Origin: a virus
Taxonomy: Duplodnaviria; Heunggongvirae; Uroviricota; Caudoviricetes
Length of the DNA stretch: 29,803 bases
IMG/VR virus record: IMGVR_UViG_2571042390_000006
Location: 1 to 29,803 of that record
Strand: one strand, 5' to 3'
Shown here: piece by piece, positions 15,240 to 24,705 of the stretch
How positions within the stretch are numbered: the stretch's first letter is position 1
Layout of the letters: each line of letters starts with the position of its first letter
Program-made: the position numbers and the translations under genes
Notes under the pieces: model-generated
Seen by the model: the letters and a program-made list of their open reading frames with translations, nothing else
Told to the model about the DNA's origin: nothing
Databases searched by the model: none

Positions 15240-16181
15240 ATGATTACCCCTGCACAGCAACACTGGCAGAACGTGATGGCGCAGCGCGCAGGCCGGGCGA
15301 ATGAAGGCGTGGATCACGCCGCACGTACCGCGCATGAAGAGGTGCTGTATCGTCTGCGTCTGGCACAGGCCCGACTTAAGGGCGTACAGGCCAGAAGCGC
15401 CAAAGCCGCCATCAAAAAAGAGTTGTTACCGGACTTTTCCGGCTGGATTGAAGGAACGCTGGAGGCTGACGGCGGGCAGCAAGATGAGGTGATTGCCACG
15501 CTGATGGTGTGGGCGATTGACTGCGGCGATCTTCCGCTGGCATTGCGTATTGGTGCGTATGTGGTCCGTCACAACCTCATCATGCCGGATAACTTTGGCC
15601 GTACTGCTGCCACGGTACTGACCGAAGAAATCTGCAACCCGGTACTGACGCAGGCCGGGACGGATGCCGACGCGGATTTGTCCGCCTTTATCGAACCACT
15701 GGACACACTTTGGGAAATTGTCGCCAACCAGGATATGCCGGACGAAGTGCGCGCCAAATTATGCAAGGCGTGCGCCTTTGCCCGCCGTGGCCTGAGCGAT
15801 GCGGACAGCATGGCCTCATCACTGAAGCTGCTGCGCGAAGCGATGCACCTGAACCCGAACGCAGGTGTGAAACGCGAGATTGCAACCCTTTCCCGCGCCC
15901 TGAAAAAAGCCGATTCCGCAGCCGAACCAGAAGACGCCAGCACACCGCAGGCGCAGGACGAAAGCAGCAAAAGTAAAAAGACAACGCGGAAGCCTGCAAC
16001 ACGAAAAACCACCGCGACGCAGAAGGCGAAGCGCGGTTACACCGACACAAAGGGACCATCAGCGCACTGCGCCGGGCCATTGAGCCGCTGGGATACCTCA
16101 TTCGCGTGTCTGAGTGGTGGGAGTTCGACGGCGAACCCGGAACATTCAAGGTTGATGTTGGCACGCTGGACAGTGGTGTGA
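15240..16181 (+). CDS. M: Terminase small (endonuclease) subunit, P2 gpM family; 3' end uncertain
   Basis: N-terminal 250 aa match P2 M, including the basic tail KKTTRKPATRKTTATQKAKRG. The ORF then runs on as junk-like sequence overlapping the L-like frame. Confidence 0.7.
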   Translation: MITPAQQHWQNVMAQRAGRANEGVDHAARTAHEEVLYRLRLAQARLKGVQARSAKAAIKKELLPDFSGWIEGTLEADGGQQDEVIATLMVWAIDCGDLPLALRIGAYVVRHNLIMPDNFGRTAATVLTEEICNPVLTQAGTDADADLSAFIEPLDTLWEIVANQDMPDEVRAKLCKACAFARRGLSDADSMASSLKLLREAMHLNPNAGVKREIATLSRALKKADSAAEPEDASTPQAQDESSKSKKTTRKPATRKTTATQKAKRGYTDTKGPSAHCAGPLSRWDTSFACLSGGSSTANPEHSRLMLARWTVV

Positions 16182-16339
16182 CCGAGGAAATGTATCTGGA
16201 AATGGAACGGCTGATTGCCGATGCCAAACCCGCAAGTCGCCACCTTATCGGCCTGAACATTATCCAGGACATTCCCGGCTATCTGTATACAGGCGGTGTG
16301 GTCTGTGATGGTGATGTTATTACTGTTTATCCCGGATAA
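16106..16339 (+). CDS. Probable head completion protein fragment (gpL-like), start unresolved
   Basis: The reading frame is open from about 15977 but has no ATG before the GTG at 16106. It ends 10 nt before H. Shorter than P2 L. Confidence 0.35.
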   Translation: MSEWWEFDGEPGTFKVDVGTLDSGVTEEMYLEMERLIADAKPASRHLIGLNIIQDIPGYLYTGGVVCDGDVITVYPG

Positions 16340-16349
16340 GTGAGAAACA

Positions 16350-19007
16350 ATGAGCACGAAATTTAAAACCGCTATCACTACTGCCGGAGCCGCGAAGCTG
16401 GCAGCCGCCACTGTCCCCGGCGGGAAAAAAGTAACTCTGTCTGCAATGGCCGTGGGTGACGGTAATGGCAAATTGCCGGTGCCGGATGCCGGTCAGACGA
16501 AACTGGTGCATGAGGTCTGGCGTCACGCTCTGAATAAAGTCAGCGTGGATAACAAGAATAAAAACTATATCGTGGCTGAACTGGTTGTACCGCCAGAAGT
16601 GGGCGGCTTCTGGATGCGTGAGCTGGGTCTGTATGACGATGCCGGAACACTGATTGCGGTCGCTAACATGGCGGAAAGCTATAAGCCTGAACTCGCTGAA
16701 GGCTCCGGGCGCGCGCAGACCTGCCGCATGGTTATTACTGTCAGCAACGTAGCGTCCGTTGAGCTGAGTATTGATGCCAGCACAGTGATGGCGACGCAGG
16801 ATTACGTCGATGACAAAATCGCAGAGCATGAGCAATCCCGCCGCCATCCTGACGCCACGCTGACAGAAAAAGGTTTTACTCAGTTAAGTAGCGCAACAAA
16901 CAGCACCAGTGAAGAGCTGGCGGCAACGCCAAAGGCAGTAAAAGCAGCCTATGACAATGCTGAAAAACGTATGCAGAAAGACCAGAACGGTGACGATATT
17001 CCAGATAAGGGCGCTTTTCTGGACAATGTTGGCGTTACCAGCCTGACGTTTATGAAAAACAATGGCGAAATGCCGCTTGATGCTGACTTGAATACATTTG
17101 GTCCCGTTAAGGCTTATCTTGGCGTCTGGTCTAAAGCTACATCCACTAACGCGACGGCTGCTAAAAATTTCCCTGAAGACGGTGCAGTCGGTGTACTGGA
17201 GGTATTCAATGGCGGTAATTTTGCAGGAATGCAGCGTTACACCACCAGAACAGGCAATGTTTATATGCGCAACCTTTCTGGCACATGGAATGGTTCAGAC
17301 GGTCCGTGGAGTTACTGGCGTCAGGTTCAGTCTGCAACACGCCCCCTGAGCACAACCATTGACCTGAACACGCTCGGAGGCGCAGAGCATCTTGGTTTAT
17401 GGCGAAACAGTAGTGGCTCAATCGCTTCATTTGACCGCAACTATCCGGAAGAAGGAAGTTATGGTCAGGGACTCCTTGAAGTTCTTGAAGGTGGTGGTTA
17501 CTCGCGAACGCAGCGTTACACGACCCGCCGTGGAAATGTTTATGTTCGCTGTCTTTCGGCCTCGTGGGATGCAGAGAACCCACAATGGGAGCCGTGGTCA
17601 AGAGTGGGCTACCAGTCAGAAAGCCGTTATTACGACGGTGATTTGAATGATGTAACCTCACCAGGTATTTACAGCGTTACAGGTAAAGCGACCAATGGTC
17701 CAATACTGGACGGAAACGGCGTGACTGTACTCGGTATTCTGGAAGTGCTGAGGCGCTTTGATGGCGTTAACGTATGGCAACGTTATACAACCGCCGGAAC
17801 AGGTGCAACCCTTAAAGGTCGCACGTTTGAGCGCGTTTATACCGGCAGCTCGTGGAGCGAATGGCGGGAAGTTTACACATCTTATTCACTTCCCCTGAAT
17901 CTGGGTATCGGTGGCGCAGTGGCAAAACTCACCAGCCTGGACTGGCAGACCTACGATTTTGTGCCGGGCAGTCTGATAACCGTTCGGCTTGATAACATGA
18001 CCAATATTCCCGACGGTATGGACTGGGGCGTCATTGATGGCAACCTGATAAACATCGCAGTTGGTCCGAGTGATGATTCTGGTACGGGGCGCTCAATGCA
18101 TGTATGGCGCAGCACTGTAAGTAAAGCGAATTACCGCTTTTTTATGGTTCGCATTTCAGGAAATCCGGGAAGCCGCACGATTACGACAAGACGTGTGCCA
18201 ATTATCGACGAAGCTCAGACATGGGCGGCGAAACAGACATTCAGCGGTGGTCTTTCAGGCGAACTATCCGGCAATGCTGCTACAGCAACAAAGCTGAAAA
18301 CGGCAAGGACAATTAACGGCGTAAAATTTGACGGCTCGGCAAATATTGAAGCGTTTCCGCCAGGTGTTCCGCTGCCGTGGCCATCAGATACTGTGCCGTC
18401 TGGTTACGCCCTGATGCAGGGACAGACTTTTGACAAATCTGCATACCCGAAACTTGCAGCCGCTTATCCGTCAGGCGTGATCCCGGATATGCGTGGCTGG
18501 ACAATCAAGGGCAAACCCGCCAGTGGTCGGGACGTATTGTCTCTGGAACAGGATGGCATTAAATCGCACACCCACAGCGCCAGCGCATCCAATACGGATT
18601 TGGGTACGAAAACCACATCTTCGTTTGATTACGGTACTAAATCAACGAATAACACAGGTGCACATACCCACAATGTATCTGGTACTGCAAATAGTGCTGG
18701 CGCACATACTCATACCGTTCCATTAAGGAGACCAAACAGTGGCGGTATGAATTTCGACTGGCTGGATGGTGCATCAAGTGGCACGGTGGTGGGGAATGGA
18801 ACTGTGCCTTCTTCTGGCGCACATACCCACTCAGTATCAGGTACCGCTACAAGTGCTGGGGCACATGCACACACTGTTGGTATTGGCGCTCATACGCACT
18901 CTGTTGCGATTGGTTCACATGGACATACCATCACCGTTAACGCTGCTGGTAACGCGGAAAACACCGTTAAAAACATCGCATTTAATTATATTGTGAGGCT
19001 TGCATAA
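16350..19007 (+). CDS. H: Tail fiber protein (P2 gpH family) with divergent repeat-rich receptor-binding region
   Basis: N-terminus [25 protein letters not shown]...EVWRHALNK...[29 protein letters not shown] matches the P2 H N-terminus. Three internal QRYTT..GNVY..LS..W repeats and C-terminal GAHTHxV repeats. Confidence 0.88.
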   Translation: MSTKFKTAITTAGAAKLAAATVPGGKKVTLSAMAVGDGNGKLPVPDAGQTKLVHEVWRHALNKVSVDNKNKNYIVAELVVPPEVGGFWMRELGLYDDAGTLIAVANMAESYKPELAEGSGRAQTCRMVITVSNVASVELSIDASTVMATQDYVDDKIAEHEQSRRHPDATLTEKGFTQLSSATNSTSEELAATPKAVKAAYDNAEKRMQKDQNGDDIPDKGAFLDNVGVTSLTFMKNNGEMPLDADLNTFGPVKAYLGVWSKATSTNATAAKNFPEDGAVGVLEVFNGGNFAGMQRYTTRTGNVYMRNLSGTWNGSDGPWSYWRQVQSATRPLSTTIDLNTLGGAEHLGLWRNSSGSIASFDRNYPEEGSYGQGLLEVLEGGGYSRTQRYTTRRGNVYVRCLSASWDAENPQWEPWSRVGYQSESRYYDGDLNDVTSPGIYSVTGKATNGPILDGNGVTVLGILEVLRRFDGVNVWQRYTTAGTGATLKGRTFERVYTGSSWSEWREVYTSYSLPLNLGIGGAVAKLTSLDWQTYDFVPGSLITVRLDNMTNIPDGMDWGVIDGNLINIAVGPSDDSGTGRSMHVWRSTVSKANYRFFMVRISGNPGSRTITTRRVPIIDEAQTWAAKQTFSGGLSGELSGNAATATKLKTARTINGVKFDGSANIEAFPPGVPLPWPSDTVPSGYALMQGQTFDKSAYPKLAAAYPSGVIPDMRGWTIKGKPASGRDVLSLEQDGIKSHTHSASASNTDLGTKTTSSFDYGTKSTNNTGAHTHNVSGTANSAGAHTHTVPLRRPNSGGMNFDWLDGASSGTVVGNGTVPSSGAHTHSVSGTATSAGAHAHTVGIGAHTHSVAIGSHGHTITVNAAGNAENTVKNIAFNYIVRLA

Positions 19008-19624
19008 TGGCATTCAGAATGAGTGAACAATCACGTACTGTAAAAATTTATAACCTGCTGGCCGGAACTAATGAGTTTATTGGTGAAGGTGACGCATATA
19101 TTCCACCTCATACAGGGCTGCCAGCTAATTCTACAGATATCGCCCCACCGGAAATTCCTGCTGGCTTTGTGGCAATTTTTAACAGTGAAAATGAATCGTG
19201 GAATATTGTTGAAGACCATCGTGGTAAAACGGTCTATGACGTGGCATCGGGGGACGCGTTGTTTATTTCTGAACCCGGACCGCTACCAGAGAATGTCACC
19301 TGGTTGTCGCCAGCAGGGGAATATCAGAAGTGGGACGGCGTATCCTGGGTGAAGGATGAGGAAGCAGAAAAGCTGTTTCGGATACGGGAAGCGGAAGAGA
19401 AAAAGGCAAGGTTGATCCAGGAGGCAACAGATAACATCGCAATTCTGCAGGATGCAGTTAATCTTGAAATAGCAACAAACGAGGAAAATTCACAACTGGA
19501 TTCCTGGAGAAAATACAGAGTATTAGTGAGTAGAATTGACACCAGTACAGCTCCGGATATCGTATGGCCAGAGCTGATGAATCAGGGTTATGTGCGGGAG
19601 GACGAGCAGATAACTTCAGACTGA
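19007..19624 (+). CDS. G: Tail fiber assembly chaperone (gpG/Tfa family)
   Basis: 205 aa. Start overlaps the H stop (TAATG). C-terminal region [23 protein letters not shown] is typical of Tfa proteins. Confidence 0.8.
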   Translation: MAFRMSEQSRTVKIYNLLAGTNEFIGEGDAYIPPHTGLPANSTDIAPPEIPAGFVAIFNSENESWNIVEDHRGKTVYDVASGDALFISEPGPLPENVTWLSPAGEYQKWDGVSWVKDEEAEKLFRIREAEEKKARLIQEATDNIAILQDAVNLEIATNEENSQLDSWRKYRVLVSRIDTSTAPDIVWPELMNQGYVREDEQITSD

Positions 19625-20151
19625 AATTTAGTGATGAATGTTGAATCATCAGGAATATCATGCAATACCAATGCATGAGCACCTATTGTGACATTGTTTC
19701 CTATACGCACTTTGCCACCAAGAATGGTGGCATTACAACCAATGGTCACATTATGTCCTATAACAATATCCATATCATTAAAATCACCACGTAGCCCAAT
19801 AGTTACCCCCGGTTTTATTGAACAATTTTCACCGATTGTTACTTTGTGACCGATAACAACACTGTTGAGATAAGAAATATCAAAGCCTTTCCCTATATTT
19901 ACAGTTAAAGGGACTGTTACATTATATTTATCAAGAATGAAACGTTCTATTTTCCCCGCAATCTTCCGGCAGTATCCGCCTTTATCAAAAAGGTATTTGG
20001 CTATGCGCCACCAAAATAAATAACGAAGTCTTCTATGTTTTATTGCGCGAACAATTGCCTTTCGCCAGGAGAAAGGACGCTCGCTACCGATTACTTCATA
20101 GTGAATACAGTCTTTAAGTTCATTAATATTCATATCTCTATTATTCAGCAT
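19588..20151 (-). CDS. Hexapeptide-repeat (left-handed beta-helix) acetyltransferase, CysE/WcaB-like
   Basis: 187 aa with repeated [LIV]-G-x-x-x-x hexapeptides ([22 protein letters not shown]...[34 protein letters not shown]). AT-rich. Convergent with G and overlaps its 3' end. Occupies the position of Z/fun in P2. Confidence 0.78.
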   Translation of the reverse strand: MLNNRDMNINELKDCIHYEVIGSERPFSWRKAIVRAIKHRRLRYLFWWRIAKYLFDKGGYCRKIAGKIERFILDKYNVTVPLTVNIGKGFDISYLNSVVIGHKVTIGENCSIKPGVTIGLRGDFNDMDIVIGHNVTIGCNATILGGKVRIGNNVTIGAHALVLHDIPDDSTFITKFQSEVICSSSRT

Positions 20152-20313
20152 AAGATAATCATGTGACCAATTATTGTAATAATTTTAATGGTATGTTTCT
20201 ACTGGCTATCCAGCATGTCTGATACCCAGTAACAAATCGTTAACGCGGGTGCAATCAAATGGTGAGTGTTAAGACTGGCCACTTATTACCAGGTATGAGT
20301 GGCCAGCATTAAA

Positions 20314-20808
20314 TCAGAACAGCCCTTTAACTGAACTGGCCGCGCTGTTAAGGGATGATGTCACTTTATCTTTGAAGCCGGACAGCATATCGCTGAACGA
20401 TGAGGATTGCAGGCGCTCCCGCAAATCCTCATCACAGCGTTCAAGGGTCAGTGAAAATTCTATCTTTTTCGCCTTACCGTAGCGATCAAACTCGGAACGG
20501 GTCGTGTTCGTTCCGGTCAGGACATACATGCCGTAAATCTGCCCGACGCCATCAATCAAAGGCCAGGGTCGTCCTGTATACGCCTGCGTGGTCAGCAGCG
20601 ACAGCGACACTTCGCCACCTGTAATTTCAGGATAAAGCACACCAGAAAGAACGATGCGATCATCACCTGCACCGATATACTGCCAGCTTGCTGAACGGTT
20701 AACGCGTTCATTTTTCACATGCCGCCAGCTTTTGTTTTGCTGTAACTGCTGATGCGGCAGCGTGCGCAGCTCAAAAACAAACATGCCGTAGATCATCATC
20801 ATGGCCAT
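20314..20808 (-). CDS. U: Tail protein gpU family
   Basis: 164 aa, downstream of the tape measure gene on the same strand; resembles P2 U. Confidence 0.75.
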   Translation of the reverse strand: MAMMMIYGMFVFELRTLPHQQLQQNKSWRHVKNERVNRSASWQYIGAGDDRIVLSGVLYPEITGGEVSLSLLTTQAYTGRPWPLIDGVGQIYGMYVLTGTNTTRSEFDRYGKAKKIEFSLTLERCDEDLRERLQSSSFSDMLSGFKDKVTSSLNSAASSVKGLF

Positions 20809-20814
20809 GACTCC

Positions 20815-23658
20815 TCAATCTTTATCGTAAAAACTGCCACGCCCGGCACGGGCGCGCCGTTCCATTTCTGCCCTGACCATTTCACCGACCAGTTTCGCCA
20901 GTTCGCGGGGATTCTGCGTAACAACGTTATGCAGATGAACATGAATTTCACCACCAAATCCGGAGGCAACAGGCTCCCGGTTACGGGAAGTTACAGGAAC
21001 TGATGCCACTGGAGATCGTATGGCCTCCGCCACCGGGCGGGAGCTGGCCGCAACAACAGGGACCAGCGCCGGAGGCAGCGGAGCCGGGACCACGGGTGTG
21101 ATATTAATTGCGGGGGCAGGCTTACTGACCTGCACAATCTTCCGCTCCTGCCACTCCCCACGAACGGCAAGTGCGCGGGGCAGGTTCTTAAAGACAATAT
21201 CGCCGGGGCCAATACGTTTTTTCGTCTCATCAACCAGCTTACCTGTGTTATCAGCAATTTTGCTGAGTCTGCGTAGCGTACCGGTATTGCTGTCTGTGAG
21301 CGGTTTATTGTCTTTGGGTTTATCACCTCCGGTGCCATTGCCATTTTCCGCAGACTTCGGCGGATTGATTTTCGCAATGTCTCCCTGAAACAGAGCAACC
21401 TTGTCCTGAAGAATGGCCGCACGCTGTGCGTCTTCGATTTTCTTTCTCGCCCTTTCCGCTTCATCCGGAAGCACACCGAGTTTTTCAAGTATCCACGCCA
21501 GCGTATCCAGCAACATTTTTGCGGGCGTCAGAACAAGCTGTAACGCACCGCCAAGAACGTTACCGAATATCTCGCCAGCACTGGTACATTTATCCAGCGT
21601 TTCCTTGCTGGACTCCATCGGTGACAGCAACGATTTAAACCAGTTAAACACCTGACTTATCCCGCTTCCGATTGCGTCAAAAACAGGACCAAACCGTTCA
21701 AAGGTTTCGCGTAACGGGGCCAGCCGCTCCATAATCCCGCTGAACACCCCGGCATAAAACGCCTTGATGGGTTCCCAGTATTTCCAGATGAGAACTGCCG
21801 CAGCCACAAACGCAGCAGCAATCAATCCGACCGGGCTGAACAGCGCCCCGATAGCGCCCCCCAGTAACGAAACGGAACCCGTCACCATTCCCCATAGTGC
21901 TGGCAGGAGCCTGACAGCATTCATTGATCCGGTCAGGAGAGAAAAACCAAGACGCAACGTGGCCAGCTTCCCGTGAAGCACTCCAATAACCAGCGACAAC
22001 GAGCCAACCGTTGCAGTCATTGCCAGCAGCGCACCGCCTGCTATCAGTAACTGGCGCGTCAGTACCGGATGGGCCTGTGCCAGCGCCGTCACCTTTGAGA
22101 CCACCCGCGTGAGCCACTGCGTGACAGAACGCAGCGGACCATCAATCAGATCTGCAATGCGGATACGCAGCCCTTCCCATGCACTGCCGAGTGATTTCAG
22201 GTCGCCATCAAGGTTATTGGCCATAACCTTTGCCGTGCGTTCAGCCTCACCGCGTGCGCCCTCAAGTTCTTTTCTCAGTTTGGGCAGGGAGCCGTCACCC
22301 GCCGCATCAACGAGAGCCATAAACGACGTGAAAGCCTCTTCCCCGGCAATGTCCTTAAAGAACGATACCCGGTCAACTTCCCCGTATTTACGGGTGGCTT
22401 TATAAAGGTCGGCCAGCACATCTTCCATCGGGCGCATTTTGCCGTTCGCATCAGAGACGGACACACCCAGCTCTTTCAGCGCTTCTGCTGCCGCCTTTGG
22501 CGGTGATGCCAGACGAGCCAGGCTGGCACGCATTGCCGTCCCGGCATCACTCCCTCTGATACCCATATTCGCCAGCACGCCCGCCATCGCTGCGGCCTGC
22601 TCCAGCGATATTCCCAGCTTACCCGCCACCGGACCTGCATATTTCATGGTTTCGCCCAGTGCGCGAAGGTCAGTGTTAGTACGGGTAAACACTGCTGTAA
22701 GCGTGTCACCGACCCGGTCCATCTGGTCAGCGGAGAGGCCGAACTGCGTCAGGATATTTGAGCCAATATCTGCCGTCTCGCCAAGGTCCATACCGCCAGC
22801 CGTTGCCATGCTCAGCACGCCGGGAAGCGCAGCCTGAATGGCCTGCGGTGTGAAGCCAGCCATTGCCAGAAATGCCTGCCCACTGGCGGCATCGCCTGCG
22901 GTGAACTGCGTTTCAGAGCCAAGTTTTAACGCCTGCTCACGCAGCGCCTTAAACTGCGGGCTGTTCTGGTCGATTCGCGTCAGTGCCTGAACGCGGGACA
23001 TCTCTTTCCCGAACCCGATCGCAGGCTGCAAAAAACGCCCGGCAGCATAGCCGCCCGCCGCTGCCGCACCAATTGCCAGTGCACCACCTGTTTTCAGTTT
23101 TCCCGCTGTTTCCTGCGCGCGCGAATACCGCTCACGCGCCCGCGTTACACGCGCAAGCGCCTGCCGTTCGCGTTCAAGCTGATTGTTGTACTGTTCGGTG
23201 CGTCTGATGGCCTGCTGGATGGTGTTATCGCTGCCTGTCAGGGAAATGCCGTGGCGTTTCAGCTCTCCGCCAAGCTCCCGCATTTTCTGAATTTCCCGCG
23301 TGCGCGATTCATTCAGGCGTTCAAGCCGGGTGCTTAACTGCTGCATCAGCTTTTGTTGTTTTTCGCTGAGCACTGTACCCGTGCGTTGTAACTGATTAAG
23401 GGCGTTAAGCTGGCGTCGTGCTTTCACGATACCCGCATCCGCTTTACTGACAGCGTCGCGGGCGCGCTCAAATGAACGCGCCTGACGCTCGAGATTTTTG
23501 ATCGCCCCCTGCGTTCGCTGGATGGAGTCACCAAACTGCCCCATCAGGCGGCGGGCGTTTTCGGCAGGCTGGGTCAGCCTGTCAACGGCGCTGAAAGCGA
23601 CCCGGATATCAAGAGTCTTCATTGTCTGCATTCCCGCTGCGAAGTGCCGCCCGCTCAC
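20815..23658 (-). CDS. T: Tail tape measure protein (gpT family)
   Basis: 947 aa, coiled-coil-rich N-terminal half and Gly/Ala-rich hydrophobic segments; follows the E/E' genes. Confidence 0.85.
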   Translation of the reverse strand: MSGRHFAAGMQTMKTLDIRVAFSAVDRLTQPAENARRLMGQFGDSIQRTQGAIKNLERQARSFERARDAVSKADAGIVKARRQLNALNQLQRTGTVLSEKQQKLMQQLSTRLERLNESRTREIQKMRELGGELKRHGISLTGSDNTIQQAIRRTEQYNNQLERERQALARVTRARERYSRAQETAGKLKTGGALAIGAAAAGGYAAGRFLQPAIGFGKEMSRVQALTRIDQNSPQFKALREQALKLGSETQFTAGDAASGQAFLAMAGFTPQAIQAALPGVLSMATAGGMDLGETADIGSNILTQFGLSADQMDRVGDTLTAVFTRTNTDLRALGETMKYAGPVAGKLGISLEQAAAMAGVLANMGIRGSDAGTAMRASLARLASPPKAAAEALKELGVSVSDANGKMRPMEDVLADLYKATRKYGEVDRVSFFKDIAGEEAFTSFMALVDAAGDGSLPKLRKELEGARGEAERTAKVMANNLDGDLKSLGSAWEGLRIRIADLIDGPLRSVTQWLTRVVSKVTALAQAHPVLTRQLLIAGGALLAMTATVGSLSLVIGVLHGKLATLRLGFSLLTGSMNAVRLLPALWGMVTGSVSLLGGAIGALFSPVGLIAAAFVAAAVLIWKYWEPIKAFYAGVFSGIMERLAPLRETFERFGPVFDAIGSGISQVFNWFKSLLSPMESSKETLDKCTSAGEIFGNVLGGALQLVLTPAKMLLDTLAWILEKLGVLPDEAERARKKIEDAQRAAILQDKVALFQGDIAKINPPKSAENGNGTGGDKPKDNKPLTDSNTGTLRRLSKIADNTGKLVDETKKRIGPGDIVFKNLPRALAVRGEWQERKIVQVSKPAPAINITPVVPAPLPPALVPVVAASSRPVAEAIRSPVASVPVTSRNREPVASGFGGEIHVHLHNVVTQNPRELAKLVGEMVRAEMERRARAGRGSFYDKD

Positions 23659-24138
23659 GCCAGCTAACCACTTCGCCGGGCGTCATCATGAAGATTTCGG
23701 CGGGCGACCAGTTAAAAATAACGGCAATATCTGCCACAAAGTCTTCTATGTGCTCAAAGCACACAACCGTGATCAGGCTTCCGTCGCCTGTTCGTTCTTC
23801 CCGCCAGAGTCCGCACCGCTCAAAAAATTTACGGCAACCACACATAACTGAATAAAGTCACGGGATGCCATTTTTTTGATCGTCACTTCATCCAGTCGCG
23901 GTGATGTCACTCGTGACAGCAGCGTAAACATGGATTCCGCTTTCAGATTCAGCACATCAGACAGCGACAAATCTCGCAGAGATCCAGCCTGCTCAATAGC
24001 CCCGGTGATCTCCACATACGTGATTTTTTCGCCGCCTCGCTCAATTGGTTGGGTAAGTTTTACGCCACGCTCACTGGTTTCTTTCACAGTGTCAGCAACT
24101 ACCGTGTTTTCGGTATCGATGTTTTTCGTCTCTTTCAT
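23609..24138 (-). CDS. Tail assembly chaperone E+E' (product of programmed -1 ribosomal frameshift)
   Basis: Slippery heptamer T-TTT-TTG on the minus strand (plus-strand 23821-23827) lies in the E frame. The -1 frame is open from there to 23609. Confidence 0.6.
23773..24138 (-). CDS. E: Tail assembly chaperone gpE
   Basis: 121-aa ORF between the tube and tape measure genes. Confidence 0.7.
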   Translation of the reverse strand: MKETKNIDTENTVVADTVKETSERGVKLTQPIERGGEKITYVEITGAIEQAGSLRDLSLSDVLNLKAESMFTLLSRVTSPRLDEVTIKKMASRDFIQLCVVAVNFLSGADSGGKNEQATEA

Positions 24139-24192
24139 CAGGAAACTCCTTTCAGTCAGAGGCGACGCACTGCGCCGCCTGCATATTACTTA

Positions 24193-24705
24193 TCAGCCAA
24201 GCCCAAGCGCGGAACGGATGCGATCGGGCACAATGTCCTTGCCGTCCTTCCGGTAAATGAAGTTCAGCAGGTCAATCTCCCACAACGGACGATCGTTAAC
24301 ACTCAGCTTGTAGTAGGTGTTTTTAATGGCGTAAGTGTGTGATGTGGCTTCGCCCTGTTTGGCTTCCCCCATATCAATTTCCGTCACGCGTCCGCGCATT
24401 TCGACTTCATACAGGTCGCTTTCTGCATCGGTGTAGTATTCACCCGCAAAACGCAGTAGCGTGCCGTCAATCGTGCCGCCATACTTAAGGAACAGCTCAC
24501 GAACTGCGCCCCCCATGACAAAGCTCGCATCAAGCGCGGAGTCGTCCAGACCGAGATCAATACTTACCGCACCCATCATGCCACCACCCCGGTAGCTGTC
24601 GGTTTTGCGCGTCAGTTTAGGCAGGGTGACGGACGTCACCTTACCCACTTCGTTTTCACCATCCACAAACAGCGTAAAAAAGCGAAGATGTTTTGGTACA
24701 GCCAT
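24193..24705 (-). CDS. FII: Tail tube protein (gpFII family)
   Basis: 170 aa, immediately downstream of the sheath gene; size and sequence are P2 FII-like. Confidence 0.85.
   Translation of the reverse strand: MAVPKHLRFFTLFVDGENEVGKVTSVTLPKLTRKTDSYRGGGMMGAVSIDLGLDDSALDASFVMGGAVRELFLKYGGTIDGTLLRFAGEYYTDAESDLYEVEMRGRVTEIDMGEAKQGEATSHTYAIKNTYYKLSVNDRPLWEIDLLNFIYRKDGKDIVPDRIRSALGLG

Noticed and set aside
15688-16847. Overlapping minus-strand ORFs (194, 144 and 175 aa) across the M/L/H region
   Set aside because: Antisense shadows of M, the L-like frame and the H N-terminus. No RBS context and junk-like composition.
18500-18960. Short periodic repeats that could be mistaken for a CRISPR-like array
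   Set aside because: The periodicity is at the protein level (GAHTHxV repeats in the tail fiber C-terminus), inside a continuous ORF, with no spacer-repeat architecture.
20991-23207. Numerous 70-165 aa ORFs on both strands inside the tape measure gene
   Set aside because: They overlap the 947-aa tape measure ORF. They are Ser/Ala/Pro-rich alternative frames of a GC-rich gene.
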